A stretch of DNA of 64,000 bases from a virus, in the IMG/VR virus record IMGVR_UViG_3300020183_000009, one strand, 5' to 3'. The translations under genes and the position numbers were made by a program. Shown one piece after another: positions 9,248 to 18,907 of the stretch (positions within the stretch are counted from its first letter, which is position 1; each line of letters starts with the position of its first letter). The notes under the pieces are model-generated. The model saw only the letters and a program-made list of their open reading frames with translations. It ran no database searches and was not told where the DNA came from.

Positions 9248-9490
9248 TTGTTAGATAAAGAGTTTTCCTTATATTTGAATTATGAAACTATTGAAGTATC
9301 TTATCATATATCGAACAACCAAGAACCTGTATTGAAATACTCAGATAAACCTAATGTGGAAGTTCCTAAATCTATGTGTAAAAAAGAAGAACTAATGAAA
9401 TCATTAGATTATCTTAAAAGTAAAAAGAGCCCAACAAAACAAGACAAAGAGTCTATCTACACTATTGAAATGGTATTAAAGAATATGTGA
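9248..9490 (+). CDS. Small hypothetical protein (start uncertain, possibly 9374)
   Basis: ORF track. Confidence 0.4.
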   Translation: MLDKEFSLYLNYETIEVSYHISNNQEPVLKYSDKPNVEVPKSMCKKEELMKSLDYLKSKKSPTKQDKESIYTIEMVLKNM

Positions 9491-9493
9491 TTG

Positions 9494-10726
9494 TTATACA
9501 AAAACTTTGGGTAGTTCATCCCATGATGTTGTATATTTTTGTGTGATGTAATCCTGTCTCATTTCCCAATCGTGAGTTTCGTTGAAAGGTTTTTCAACCA
9601 TATCAAACACATCGTTAAACATTGATGCTTGAATAACTTTGTCAGATGTAAGTTCGTTAAATACAATACCACACTTTTTATACTTCTCTGACTTTTGACA
9701 CAACTTTTTATATTGTTCATAAATCTGTGACCATATTAAATCGGTATCTCGAGTTGGTGTTTGAAGTTTAATTGTTTTGGAATGGTGGTACTTATCTCCT
9801 TTGTGATAATTTCCTGATACGAATATGGTTGCTTTATTCGCAAACAATCCGTTTTCTTTTAGTTTCTTCACTCCGTTTTGTATATACGTATACATTGCTT
9901 CACCAAGTTGGTTAAAGTCCTCCACATCCTTTCCAAATGAACGAGTGGATGCGATATTTCTTTTTGGTTTAGATTGTTTTTGAATTGGGTGGCAGTATAA
10001 CCCCAACAACTCTAACTTTGTTTTTAGTCCATTTATATTCATTAACTTTCTTACCGTGTAGTCACTCATATTCATAAATTGACCCACAGAATTAACTTCA
10101 ATGTTTTTTAATTTTTTAGCCCATTTTCTACCAATCCCCCAAACCTCATCAACATCAATTTCATAACACATATTTCTAAAATTTGGTAAATCCCAAAATG
10201 AACATACCCCGTTATAGTTTATCTGTTGTTTAGCTAAAAAGGATGTTAGTTTAGCTAAAGTTTTATTTGGACCAACACCAATAGATACTGGTATTCCAAC
10301 TTTTTTTCTCACTTCTTCTTTAATTGCAAGAAGTGTTTCATTGAGCTCTTCTTGTGGTATGTTTGAAAAGTCCACAAATGCCTCGTCAATAGAATAAACC
10401 TCAATGTCATTTCCAAACTCACCAATCACTTTCATAACTCTATCTGACATATCACCATACAAGTTGTAGTTTGATGAATACACACAGAATCTATGTTCGT
10501 CCATAAACTCACGACTTTTAAAGAATGGTTCACCCATTTTAATTCCGAGAGCCTTTGCTTCTTGTGAACGAGCAATAACACACCCATCATTATTTGATAA
10601 TACAACGGTAGGTCTACCAATAGATTCAGGATTAAATAATCTTTCACAACTTACATAAAAGTTGTTACAATCAATAATTCCAATCTTTCTTACATTTTCT
10701 TCAGTACCCATGTTACTTTTCCCCAT
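9494..10726 (-). CDS. umuC: Y-family DNA polymerase V subunit UmuC
   Basis: [38 protein letters not shown]-terminal YTTSWDELP. Confidence 0.95.
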   Translation of the reverse strand: MGKSNMGTEENVRKIGIIDCNNFYVSCERLFNPESIGRPTVVLSNNDGCVIARSQEAKALGIKMGEPFFKSREFMDEHRFCVYSSNYNLYGDMSDRVMKVIGEFGNDIEVYSIDEAFVDFSNIPQEELNETLLAIKEEVRKKVGIPVSIGVGPNKTLAKLTSFLAKQQINYNGVCSFWDLPNFRNMCYEIDVDEVWGIGRKWAKKLKNIEVNSVGQFMNMSDYTVRKLMNINGLKTKLELLGLYCHPIQKQSKPKRNIASTRSFGKDVEDFNQLGEAMYTYIQNGVKKLKENGLFANKATIFVSGNYHKGDKYHHSKTIKLQTPTRDTDLIWSQIYEQYKKLCQKSEKYKKCGIVFNELTSDKVIQASMFNDVFDMVEKPFNETHDWEMRQDYITQKYTTSWDELPKVFV

Positions 10727-11007
10727 AAGTTTTTTTGTCCTTTGAACTCTCTAAGTTTGAAATATGTTTTGTCTGTTAAAATAACGAGGTCACCTTCTTT
10801 TGGTTCTTCATTTCGGTCAATAACAATTGTATCACCGTTATTTACACCAAAGACATTCGGACCTGAATACTTGAAGTAAAATGTTGTATAGTGGTCTTTT
10901 ACAATCAAATCATTCAAGTCAAGGCGTTTATCAACGTAGGTTTCAGCAGGTGATGCGAACCCTGTTGTTGTTGCGTTAATGTGAATTGGATTTTGGTGTC
11001 TTAACAT
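10690..11007 (-). CDS. umuD: UmuD-like S24 protein (catalytic residues apparently lost)
   Basis: [24 protein letters not shown]; directly upstream of umuC. Confidence 0.8.
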   Translation of the reverse strand: MLRHQNPIHINATTTGFASPAETYVDKRLDLNDLIVKDHYTTFYFKYSGPNVFGVNNGDTIVIDRNEEPKEGDLVILTDKTYFKLREFKGQKNLWGKVTWVLKKM

Positions 11008-11045
11008 ATATTAAAAGATAAGAAAAGTAAACCATAAAAAAAAGA

Positions 11046-11073
11046 AAAATCCCCAACTTTTTTGTGGGGATTT
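11046..11073. terminator. Intrinsic terminator
   Basis: aaatcccca...tggggattt hairpin. Confidence 0.7.
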
Positions 11074-11076
11074 GTA

Positions 11077-11241
11077 TTATTTTTTAGACCATTCTTGATA
11101 CTCCCTTCTATCTTTTATAATAGTAGGAACAATAAATAATATTATGGACAACCAAAGATAAATCATTTTTTTAACCAAGTCCGTTTTTTTAGTACCAGTT
11201 TCTTCCCTTAATACTTTTCTTATGGATTCTTGTAGGTTCAT
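11077..11241 (-). CDS. 54-aa MNLQE-leader membrane peptide (not in ORF track)
   Basis: MNLQESIRKVLREETGTKKTDLVKKMIYLWLSIILFIVPTIIKDRREYQEWSKK*. Confidence 0.7.
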   Translation of the reverse strand: MNLQESIRKVLREETGTKKTDLVKKMIYLWLSIILFIVPTIIKDRREYQEWSKK

Positions 11242-11537
11242 AAATTAATATTTTCTTTATACCATTTATGTAATCTATTACCAAATACATCCATAATTTT
11301 TGAATGTAGTTTTGGGTCGTAATATCCATTTTCATCACCACAATTACTTCTTATATATGCCGTTAATATTATTTGGTAACTATACCAATCCAATTGTCTT
11401 CTTCTTACTGGTATAGTTTCTTCCCCATTCTCTAATTTTTTTATGTATTCATCAATACAATAATATCTTCTTCTGATATACAGTGGAATTTCTATTTCTT
11501 CCCTTAATATTCTTCTTATGGATTCTTGTAGGTTCAT
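11238..11537 (-). CDS. MNLQE-leader protein (IRRR family)
   Basis: Start moved to MNLQESIRRILREE; TATTTAT upstream. Confidence 0.8.
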   Translation of the reverse strand: MNLQESIRRILREEIEIPLYIRRRYYCIDEYIKKLENGEETIPVRRRQLDWYSYQIILTAYIRSNCGDENGYYDPKLHSKIMDVFGNRLHKWYKENINL

Positions 11538-11550
11538 ATTGATATAAATA

Positions 11551-11931
11551 TTAAATAAATGTATCTTTATACTCTTCAAAATATTTATCAAATTCAGAAT
11601 AATTTTCAAAAAGTTCTTGTCCTATTTCGATATCTTCAAGAGCTATTACTATTTCATTTAAAATTTTAAGATTAGGTTGACTACTATGATTAACAAAATT
11701 TGTTAAATCACAAGAAGAATAGTAATAATCACCATCTATCCAACCATATTTATCAAAATATTCTTGTTGGGCTTTAGACATCTGTTTTACACAATCAACA
11801 GAAACTTTAATATCGACACCATCCACAAATTCCCAAACGGTAGCACCTTTTGGTATAAATTCTAAAGCAAATAAACCTAACCCCATTATTGGATTTGTGG
11901 CTACTTTAACTTCTGTTCTAAATAAAAACAT
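11551..11931 (-). CDS. SET-domain lysine methyltransferase
   Basis: GLGLFA..FIPKG, FVNHSSQPN, ALEDIEIGQELFENY. Confidence 0.85.
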   Translation of the reverse strand: MFLFRTEVKVATNPIMGLGLFALEFIPKGATVWEFVDGVDIKVSVDCVKQMSKAQQEYFDKYGWIDGDYYYSSCDLTNFVNHSSQPNLKILNEIVIALEDIEIGQELFENYSEFDKYFEEYKDTFI

Positions 11932-11934
11932 TAT

Positions 11935-12570
11935 CTATTTTTCATTTTGTTTTTTAAAATCTGTAATATAACTTTCATCAGTAAAATATCCTCTAGTAGA
12001 ATCTACTGTGTAAATATTTCTGTCAATTATATATCCTGGATTTTTATTAATTCTACTGAAAGTATATGCTTTGTCTATCCATATTATTCTATTGTTTGGA
12101 TAAATAAAATAATTTCCATTATCCATTTTAAAAAAATGACCACATTTGTGTTCAGTTGTTTCAGAAAAATTAGTATCTAACATTACTTTATTTTCGTGTG
12201 ACCAATCTAAAGTAAACATATAAACCCCAAGTCTTTTAACACCTGTTATCGAAATTAATTCTGCACTCAAGGGATAAAGTCTTGCTCTTACTTGAACATC
12301 AATATAAGGACTAAAACAATCCCAATATACGTGTTCAGTTAAGGGTAAAACTTCTGCATCTTTTTTCCAAGCAAAAGCATGTATTGGTCTTCTAGTCCAA
12401 TTGACACCATTTTCTAATAAAGCTTCGAATAAAGGAACCATCCCTTCTACCGAAGCCACTGAATGGATATTTGCAGTTGTAAACTCACCGTGTCCTTTTT
12501 CGTGATTAAATAAAAATTCATTTCTAATAAAACAAGGAGTGATTGGTAAATTATGATTTAGGTACGACAT
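11935..12570 (-). CDS. Conserved phage hypothetical protein
   Basis: 211 aa ORF, typical composition. Confidence 0.75.
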   Translation of the reverse strand: MSYLNHNLPITPCFIRNEFLFNHEKGHGEFTTANIHSVASVEGMVPLFEALLENGVNWTRRPIHAFAWKKDAEVLPLTEHVYWDCFSPYIDVQVRARLYPLSAELISITGVKRLGVYMFTLDWSHENKVMLDTNFSETTEHKCGHFFKMDNGNYFIYPNNRIIWIDKAYTFSRINKNPGYIIDRNIYTVDSTRGYFTDESYITDFKKQNEK

Positions 12571-12571
12571 A

Positions 12572-13924
12572 TTATTTCTTTTTTATTTTTACACAATTAG
12601 GGTATCTCTTACCAAACATTGTTTTCATTCCTTTTTGAGTATAACCTGGCCAACACTTTTCAGTTAATTCTGCTTCAGTATGTTCTTGTTTCTGTAACCT
12701 AATGGTTTTCTCTTTTGACTTTTCTTTCACCGATTCAATATAATCATACGCTCTTTTTAACCTTTGTTTTGTTTCAGGGTCTTTTGCGTTTTGATAAGCC
12801 GCTCTTACTCTTTGATGGATAAGATTAATAATTTGTGATTGTCTTTTATGAGGTTTAGATTTAAAACTATCTTTGTTTAGTGTATCTACAATATCTTGTT
12901 TTGTTCTAAACTTTACAGATACTGTATCATTTGGATTTTCATCGGTATACAATCTTCTACCAGAACCTTCAGGTTTTTTTCCCGTTCCTGTCTTGGGGTC
13001 AGATTCATTCATTGTGTCTCTTGTATACTTTCTAAATCTTTGAGGGTTTGCTTTTATCGCTGACTTAGAAAATCTTAATCCATAACCTTGTCTTCTTGCA
13101 TTTTTTAGTGTTCTTGCGTATTCATCAAGTTCTTGTTCATCATTATCTATTATGTCTAATGTTTTGATGTTTGTTGAACTTTTAATCATTTTAGGAGCCA
13201 CTCCCTCATTATTTGCTTCTTCCCACCTTTTTGCACATAAACACCATTTGTCACCAGGTTCTAACATATGAAGATTGTTTCCCATTGATTTGGTAAACTC
13301 TAAAAACTCTTCTGTTACTCTTGCACACACCGTATGACTTCCTGTGTCGTCGTTTCCTGTTCTACAATACCCATCTCTATAATAACCTGTCATTGGTTTT
13401 TTTGAGCAGATTTTAAGTTTCTCACCATAGAGATTCTTATCTTCGGTAAATTCTTCCCTTAATATTTTTCTTATGGATTCATATAAGTTTGGTGAATTTT
13501 TATTCCATTTTTTTACATCACCACTTCCTGTTCCCTCATATTTTAGAGTTATCGCTTCTTTTGGTATGTCTTGGAATGTTACAATATGTTTTTTTGTTGA
13601 CTCAAAATGTCTATCTTTATACCACTTAACATCAGGAATCATTTCTGTATTAATTTCCCATATATCATCATCATATGTTGAATCAAACCATGCTCTTTTA
13701 TTTGTTGAGTTGGTTGCAAATATTGCGGGTTTACATTTAACTCCATAACCAACATATACTTTGTAACATTCTCCTGCCCTTACTTTAAGTCCGTGTTCCA
13801 TTATCTTATCTCTAAACATTGGATTTGATTTGTGAATAACAATATTATTTGGAATGATTTCTTTTCCTGCTGGTGAATAATCATCTTCCCTTAATATTCT
13901 TCTTATGGTTTCTTGTAGGTTCAT
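12572..13924 (-). CDS. MNLQE-leader multi-module protein: Tpt1/ART-like domain + DUF2237 + basic modules + CWxGY..PNCVK module
   Basis: Internal ESIRKILREE; PMTGYYRDGYC..HTVCA..GDKWCLCAKRW (DUF2237); C-terminal module shared with 22364. Confidence 0.8.
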   Translation of the reverse strand: MNLQETIRRILREDDYSPAGKEIIPNNIVIHKSNPMFRDKIMEHGLKVRAGECYKVYVGYGVKCKPAIFATNSTNKRAWFDSTYDDDIWEINTEMIPDVKWYKDRHFESTKKHIVTFQDIPKEAITLKYEGTGSGDVKKWNKNSPNLYESIRKILREEFTEDKNLYGEKLKICSKKPMTGYYRDGYCRTGNDDTGSHTVCARVTEEFLEFTKSMGNNLHMLEPGDKWCLCAKRWEEANNEGVAPKMIKSSTNIKTLDIIDNDEQELDEYARTLKNARRQGYGLRFSKSAIKANPQRFRKYTRDTMNESDPKTGTGKKPEGSGRRLYTDENPNDTVSVKFRTKQDIVDTLNKDSFKSKPHKRQSQIINLIHQRVRAAYQNAKDPETKQRLKRAYDYIESVKEKSKEKTIRLQKQEHTEAELTEKCWPGYTQKGMKTMFGKRYPNCVKIKKK

Positions 13925-14697
13925 TTTGTTAAATCAATATACCAAACTTTTATTGGTTCAACTCCCATCTGTAAAGCAATTGTACTTCTTTTATGTCCAC
14001 CAATTAAAATATACTCATTACCTTCTCTATCATTAGTATTAAGTTTTATAACAAATGGTGCTGGAAGTTCTCTTGGTTCATCTTTTTTTGCATAGTCTCT
14101 TTGTTGTTCTATATTTCCGATATATCCACCAAGCTGGTCTTTGTATTCTGAATCTTTATATTGTTTTGTAAACCCACCTGTTGTCGTATCTTTATATTCG
14201 GGGTCCCATTCCATAAACTTTCCAAGTTTACCCATATAGAAAGTTTTATCTGTATTATCAATATATTCTCCTGTTTGGGGGTCTGTACCTTTCCAAACTT
14301 TCATCACACCTTTGTTGAAGAAATTAAATGCCTCTTTTTGTGACTTAGTATCATTAATTAAAACATGTCTGAAATTACCCCAATCATCCATCAATTCATG
14401 TATTTCTTTATTCAATAATAAATTTTTGATTTCTTCATCACTTTCCAATTCTTCCCCTTTAGAATGTTCCGCAATCATTTTGAATGTATGAGGAAATAAA
14501 GAATACATTTGGTCAAAGTTATCAGGGTGAAAGAATTCCCCTTTTGAAAACCTCATCTCATTTCCCAACAATTCACTCAACTCTTGTCTAAAGTATTCTT
14601 GTGTTGGTTCTAACCATTCTACTTTGTATGGATTAGTCACTTCAGTAAGAAGTCCCATCATTTGTTTAATTCTTGATATGTTTTCTTGTAGGTTCAT
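13921..14697 (-). CDS. MNLQE-leader protein with C-terminal ParB/Srx-like domain
   Basis: YILIGGHKRSTIALQMGVEPIKV. Confidence 0.7.
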   Translation of the reverse strand: MNLQENISRIKQMMGLLTEVTNPYKVEWLEPTQEYFRQELSELLGNEMRFSKGEFFHPDNFDQMYSLFPHTFKMIAEHSKGEELESDEEIKNLLLNKEIHELMDDWGNFRHVLINDTKSQKEAFNFFNKGVMKVWKGTDPQTGEYIDNTDKTFYMGKLGKFMEWDPEYKDTTTGGFTKQYKDSEYKDQLGGYIGNIEQQRDYAKKDEPRELPAPFVIKLNTNDREGNEYILIGGHKRSTIALQMGVEPIKVWYIDLTK

Positions 14698-14708
14698 ACG
14701 TAATAAAT

Positions 14709-14900
14709 TTAATTATTATCTTGTCTTAATTCTTCTTCATCAATTAACCTATTGAGTTCTTTTTCAAGATATTCAAAATCCTCTTCAGAACGATAAATAT
14801 TTGTCCATCCTGGTTTTTCTTCTTTAAGTTCTTTAAGTAACTTTTCTTTACCTAATTCAGCATCTTTTCTATTCCATTTGTTATTTCCCCTTGAGTACAT
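14709..14900 (-). CDS. Small hypothetical protein
   Basis: 63 aa, fills the gap between co-oriented genes. Confidence 0.6.
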   Translation of the reverse strand: MYSRGNNKWNRKDAELGKEKLLKELKEEKPGWTNIYRSEEDFEYLEKELNRLIDEEELRQDNN

Positions 14901-14906
14901 ATAATT

Positions 14907-16085
14907 TTAGTTTTTTTCAAATTGTCTATTTATAACTTTGAACCTTGTAATTTCCTCAAATGGTAGTATCATTGCCCCAAAATCTTTGTTACTTAACTGA
15001 ATTACTTTTTTCATAGTACCATCTTTTTGTTTTTCTTCCCAACTTCCATTGAAAGTCCAAACCTTGTTTGTTTTTTCATCAAATACCTCATCACCCCCAT
15101 TTGGTTCCAAATTTTTATATTTTTCTATTTTTTGTTTTATTGTTTCTTCTGTTTCATTTTCTAAACTATCATACCAATCATAATATACTTGACCCAACCT
15201 ATCAATCAAACTTTGAGACGCCCTAACAGAATTTTTGTCTGTGTATTTTTTTTCAACAAAGTTTTTGAATATTTCTTCTACATTCAGATTAGTATTTTTA
15301 TCAAAAATTAAAATTTGTTTCTGAAGAAGTAATGTCATCAAATCCTTTTCATACTTTGGGTTTGTTACCAAATCTTGATACACCATTTTTATTGCCGCAC
15401 TGTTACCCATACTACTTGTTATGTAACCAAGTTTTTTTATCATTTCAAGATAAATTAAAGTACCAAGACCTTTGCCCCTCAACTTATCAGGAACACCTTT
15501 AGGAAAGTGTATTCTATTTTCTGTTGGTTCTAATGTTACATAAATATTTCTTTCTTCCATAGACAACTGTTCTCTACATTCATCGGGTAGTTTAATTTTG
15601 TAAACTTTTGCTCCAGGCTCTCTTACCCAATAACTTTCAAGTGATTTATCACCTTTGGCAACCATTGGGCCAAGTATTTCAAAATTTGTTGGGTCACAAT
15701 TTACCTTATCAGATACTTGATTTGGTTTTTGGTCGAGTAATTTTGTATTAAAATATTTCTCAAAAGCCCGTTTCAAGAAATTATTAAAGGCTCTTTTTCC
15801 ATCGGCTTTTAACGAATTTAAATATCTATTATCAATCTTTATATCATCTTGTAAAATTACCTCTCCATATTTACCATAGTCTTTAACAATAGAATTTTTG
15901 AATTTTACAAAATCTCCACCCGATTCTTTAAGTTTTGGTTCGAATATTATTATAAGTTCATCTGTGTATTTATCAAAATATTTTATATTCATAGTTAGAT
16001 AGGAATCGTCAGGTAAATCTGTTACCACTTCTTTCAGAAGTCCCATCATTTGTCTGATTCTCTGTATGTTTTCTTGTAGGTTCAT
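14907..16085 (-). CDS. MNLQE-leader protein with GNAT-like domain
   Basis: VPDKLRGKGLGTLIY acetyl-CoA-binding motif A. Confidence 0.7.
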   Translation of the reverse strand: MNLQENIQRIRQMMGLLKEVVTDLPDDSYLTMNIKYFDKYTDELIIIFEPKLKESGGDFVKFKNSIVKDYGKYGEVILQDDIKIDNRYLNSLKADGKRAFNNFLKRAFEKYFNTKLLDQKPNQVSDKVNCDPTNFEILGPMVAKGDKSLESYWVREPGAKVYKIKLPDECREQLSMEERNIYVTLEPTENRIHFPKGVPDKLRGKGLGTLIYLEMIKKLGYITSSMGNSAAIKMVYQDLVTNPKYEKDLMTLLLQKQILIFDKNTNLNVEEIFKNFVEKKYTDKNSVRASQSLIDRLGQVYYDWYDSLENETEETIKQKIEKYKNLEPNGGDEVFDEKTNKVWTFNGSWEEKQKDGTMKKVIQLSNKDFGAMILPFEEITRFKVINRQFEKN

Positions 16086-16100
16086 ATCCGTATTATTTTT

Positions 16101-16535
16101 TTACCATAAATTATCAGAAATATATTTCTTTACTATAATTTTCATAACATCCCCCAATTTGAAATCAACTACTTCTTTGACATATTTAGAATATTCTCTA
16201 CTCTGTTGAGTTTTCCCCAAATAAACACTTAAACAATATTCAGTAGAACACCAATATTTACCTTCACCTAAATTACTACCCAAAGTTATACCATCCTTGT
16301 ATAAAACTTTATGAAGTTTTTTATTATCAAAGTCAACGAATTTTTTATTGAATTCTTTACCACTTATTACATTTGATTTTTTAATTTCAAATTTAGAATA
16401 TACTTTTAACTTTTTTGGTTCTGTGAACAGTACAATCCCGTTTTCTTCATATATCGGGTCATACAAACCATCAATTAAAATATCTTTATTTAATTCTTCC
16501 CTTAATATTCTTCTTATGTTTTCTTGTAGGTTCAT
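16101..16535 (-). CDS. MNLQE-leader hypothetical protein
   Basis: MNLQENIRRILREE. Confidence 0.8.
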   Translation of the reverse strand: MNLQENIRRILREELNKDILIDGLYDPIYEENGIVLFTEPKKLKVYSKFEIKKSNVISGKEFNKKFVDFDNKKLHKVLYKDGITLGSNLGEGKYWCSTEYCLSVYLGKTQQSREYSKYVKEVVDFKLGDVMKIIVKKYISDNLW

Positions 16536-16558
16536 AATAATAAATATCATATATTTAT
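16533..16558. promoter_or_regulatory. Divergent TATTTAT promoter pair, copy 1
   Basis: cataataataaatatcatatatttat, identical to 18876-18901. Confidence 0.65.
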
Positions 16559-16564
16559 CTTTAT

Positions 16565-16876
16565 ATGGTAGAACAATTAGAAAGTTTAATACGTAAGATT
16601 ATCTTTAAGAAATATCCATTATTAACCAATGTTTCTATTGAGGATATGTATGGTGATTTTAGTCTTACTTCTATGTTGGGGAGTTCTTTTATGTGTAAAT
16701 TTAAATCAGAGGAGTGTTTATCTGAGAAAGAGCATATGGAGATTGATACAGAAGTTAAAACTCTATTTGAAATGCTATCCCCCGATTCGAGTGATTTTAG
16801 AATACCTAGTATTCGTTGTTTCTTCGATTGTGGCGACGGTTACGAATTTAAAATGTCATATGGTTATAAACATTAA
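16565..16876 (+). CDS. Hypothetical protein
   Basis: MVEQLESLIRKII (leader-like); TATTTAT upstream. Confidence 0.75.
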   Translation: MVEQLESLIRKIIFKKYPLLTNVSIEDMYGDFSLTSMLGSSFMCKFKSEECLSEKEHMEIDTEVKTLFEMLSPDSSDFRIPSIRCFFDCGDGYEFKMSYGYKH

Positions 16877-16898
16877 TAGAGTATTTATATAATGTAAT

Positions 16899-17324
16899 AT
16901 GAAATACTTAATTACCGAAAATAAAACCAAAAAACTATTACTTAACTTAATTAATAATGGTGAAGTTGATACCGCATCTGATTTAGTTGGTGGTGTTAAT
17001 AATTTAATTAAAATTGTTGGTAGGTCAAAAATTATGGATATTATCTTAAATAAATTTGATGATTTAAAAATTGAACATAGAGGAGGTGATGTAGTGTTAA
17101 TCAGTGGAGGTTTATCCTTAATGGAAACATCTTGGATAGGTTTAATTGTATATGATGATTATATCAAATATCGTATTGGGGATGAATTAGTAGATTTTTA
17201 TACTGATAATAGGAAATCTTTAATTGAGAAATTGGTTTCTAGTTTTCCTGAATTATATAGTGATGAAGTTAGAGTTTACAAAGACAGTGGTAGGTATTTT
17301 AAAATTACCGAGTTTACTTTTTAA
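16899..17324 (+). CDS. MKYLITE-leader protein
   Basis: Leader plus helical module like 6971. Confidence 0.8.
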   Translation: MKYLITENKTKKLLLNLINNGEVDTASDLVGGVNNLIKIVGRSKIMDIILNKFDDLKIEHRGGDVVLISGGLSLMETSWIGLIVYDDYIKYRIGDELVDFYTDNRKSLIEKLVSSFPELYSDEVRVYKDSGRYFKITEFTF

Positions 17325-17656
17325 TCCCCACAGTTAGTGTGGTAATATTTTTCTAATTCTGCACCGTATTTCAGTCTTAAATATTCTTCCATTAATCGGA
17401 ATAATTTTTCCCACTCTTTTGACGTATCATCAATATGGTCAAAATGAATATAATAGATGTAGTCATTAATTATATTATAAATTAGATATTCTATAAATTC
17501 ATCTGAATTACGGTATTTACAAATCTTATGAGGACCATAAGTATTTCTAACTAATTCAATCAACAAATTATCTAACTCATGAAAACGTCTTCTAATAAAC
17601 ATTTCATCTGACGTTTCTTCTTTTAATATTCTTCTTATAGATTTTCTTATATTCAT
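17321..17656 (-). CDS. Leader protein (MNIRKSIRRILKEE, IRRR family)
   Basis: Start moved to the leader. Confidence 0.8.
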   Translation of the reverse strand: MNIRKSIRRILKEETSDEMFIRRRFHELDNLLIELVRNTYGPHKICKYRNSDEFIEYLIYNIINDYIYYIHFDHIDDTSKEWEKLFRLMEEYLRLKYGAELEKYYHTNCGD

Positions 17657-17657
17657 C

Positions 17658-18878
17658 TTACCACTGTCTTTTTTCATTAGGGTATGTGTTAATAACATCT
17701 TCTACATCAACCGTAACATTACTAATCCATTTACGTAATCTATATTGTAATTCACTAATAAATGTTTCTTCGTCATGAAAGTGCATCATGGCTTCATATT
17801 TTATAACAACTAATATCCTTGGTATTCCATTAAGTTTATCTACGGCAGTTACTTTAACCTTTGGGTCTAATTCAAGAAAATCACAAGCGTCAAATGAAAT
17901 AAACTCTTCTTCATTTTCCGAATCCATATATTCGCAAATATTCTTCATTAAATCTATTTCATTGTCAATTAGTTTTTGTATCTTTTCTTTTCTATCAACT
18001 GTTAGTGTACTTTCCTTTATAATTTCATAACAATTATCTAATGAATCAAAAAAGAAATCTTCTATTTTTTTTTTATATCCTAAATCAATTAACATTTCAT
18101 ATATTTCTTCATAAGTGTCATGATAATTATCCGCATTTACACCTCTAATGGAAGTTAACATGATTCTTACTATATCAGACATTGTTTCGTTCACATAATT
18201 AACAACATCTATTCTCATTGGCCAATATATACAAACATCTTTAGGGTCCAAGTTTTGGATATAATCGTCAACAATAAAAAATCTTCTTCTGATTGATAAT
18301 AAATCAATCTCTTCTTTTAATATTCTTCTTATGGATTCTTGTAAATCAACACCACCACCATCTAATTTATCTGTAAACCCCATAAGTTTATCAAATGCTG
18401 GATGTGATTTAATTGGCTCTTTCTTCTTGTCTTTCATTTGGTCCCATGTTCTTGGTTTGACCTTCATATGATTCTTAACCAAATATTTAATTTCATCAAC
18501 ATCCGTTCCGTCAAACGAATCAATCCAATTTCTAAATTGTTCCACATAATCCGTTGATTTGTCTTCGTGACCATAAGCTGTTGGTTGATTTGTTTTTGGA
18601 TTAATTGAATAGGTATCCATCTTCCCTAAATCGTGAAACAATGCCGCCATAACCATATTTGGGTCGTCAGGATAGTGATGGTACGCTCTTTTTAATACAA
18701 CTAATATGTGTTTTAGTGTGTTCCCTTCTGGATGCCATTCAGGGTTTTGTTTTGCTCCCCATTGTTTGAATAACAATTTCTTTAATTCATCAGGTAAATT
18801 TTTAACTAACTGCTGAGGTGTTGCGTAAAGTTTGTCTTCCTCTTTTAATATTCTTCTTATTGATTGTTTTAGACTCAT
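17658..18878 (-). CDS. Leader-tagged multi-module protein: HD-domain phosphohydrolase + two further modules
   Basis: QNPEWHPEG..H, AALFHDLGK, HE, HM; internal LQESIRRILKEE. Confidence 0.8.
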   Translation of the reverse strand: MSLKQSIRRILKEEDKLYATPQQLVKNLPDELKKLLFKQWGAKQNPEWHPEGNTLKHILVVLKRAYHHYPDDPNMVMAALFHDLGKMDTYSINPKTNQPTAYGHEDKSTDYVEQFRNWIDSFDGTDVDEIKYLVKNHMKVKPRTWDQMKDKKKEPIKSHPAFDKLMGFTDKLDGGGVDLQESIRRILKEEIDLLSIRRRFFIVDDYIQNLDPKDVCIYWPMRIDVVNYVNETMSDIVRIMLTSIRGVNADNYHDTYEEIYEMLIDLGYKKKIEDFFFDSLDNCYEIIKESTLTVDRKEKIQKLIDNEIDLMKNICEYMDSENEEEFISFDACDFLELDPKVKVTAVDKLNGIPRILVVIKYEAMMHFHDEETFISELQYRLRKWISNVTVDVEDVINTYPNEKRQW

Positions 18879-18901
18879 AATAATAAATATCATATATTTA
18901 T
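18876..18901. promoter_or_regulatory. Divergent TATTTAT promoter pair, copy 2
   Basis: Identical 26 bp to 16533-16558. Confidence 0.65.
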
Positions 18902-18907
18902 GATTAT

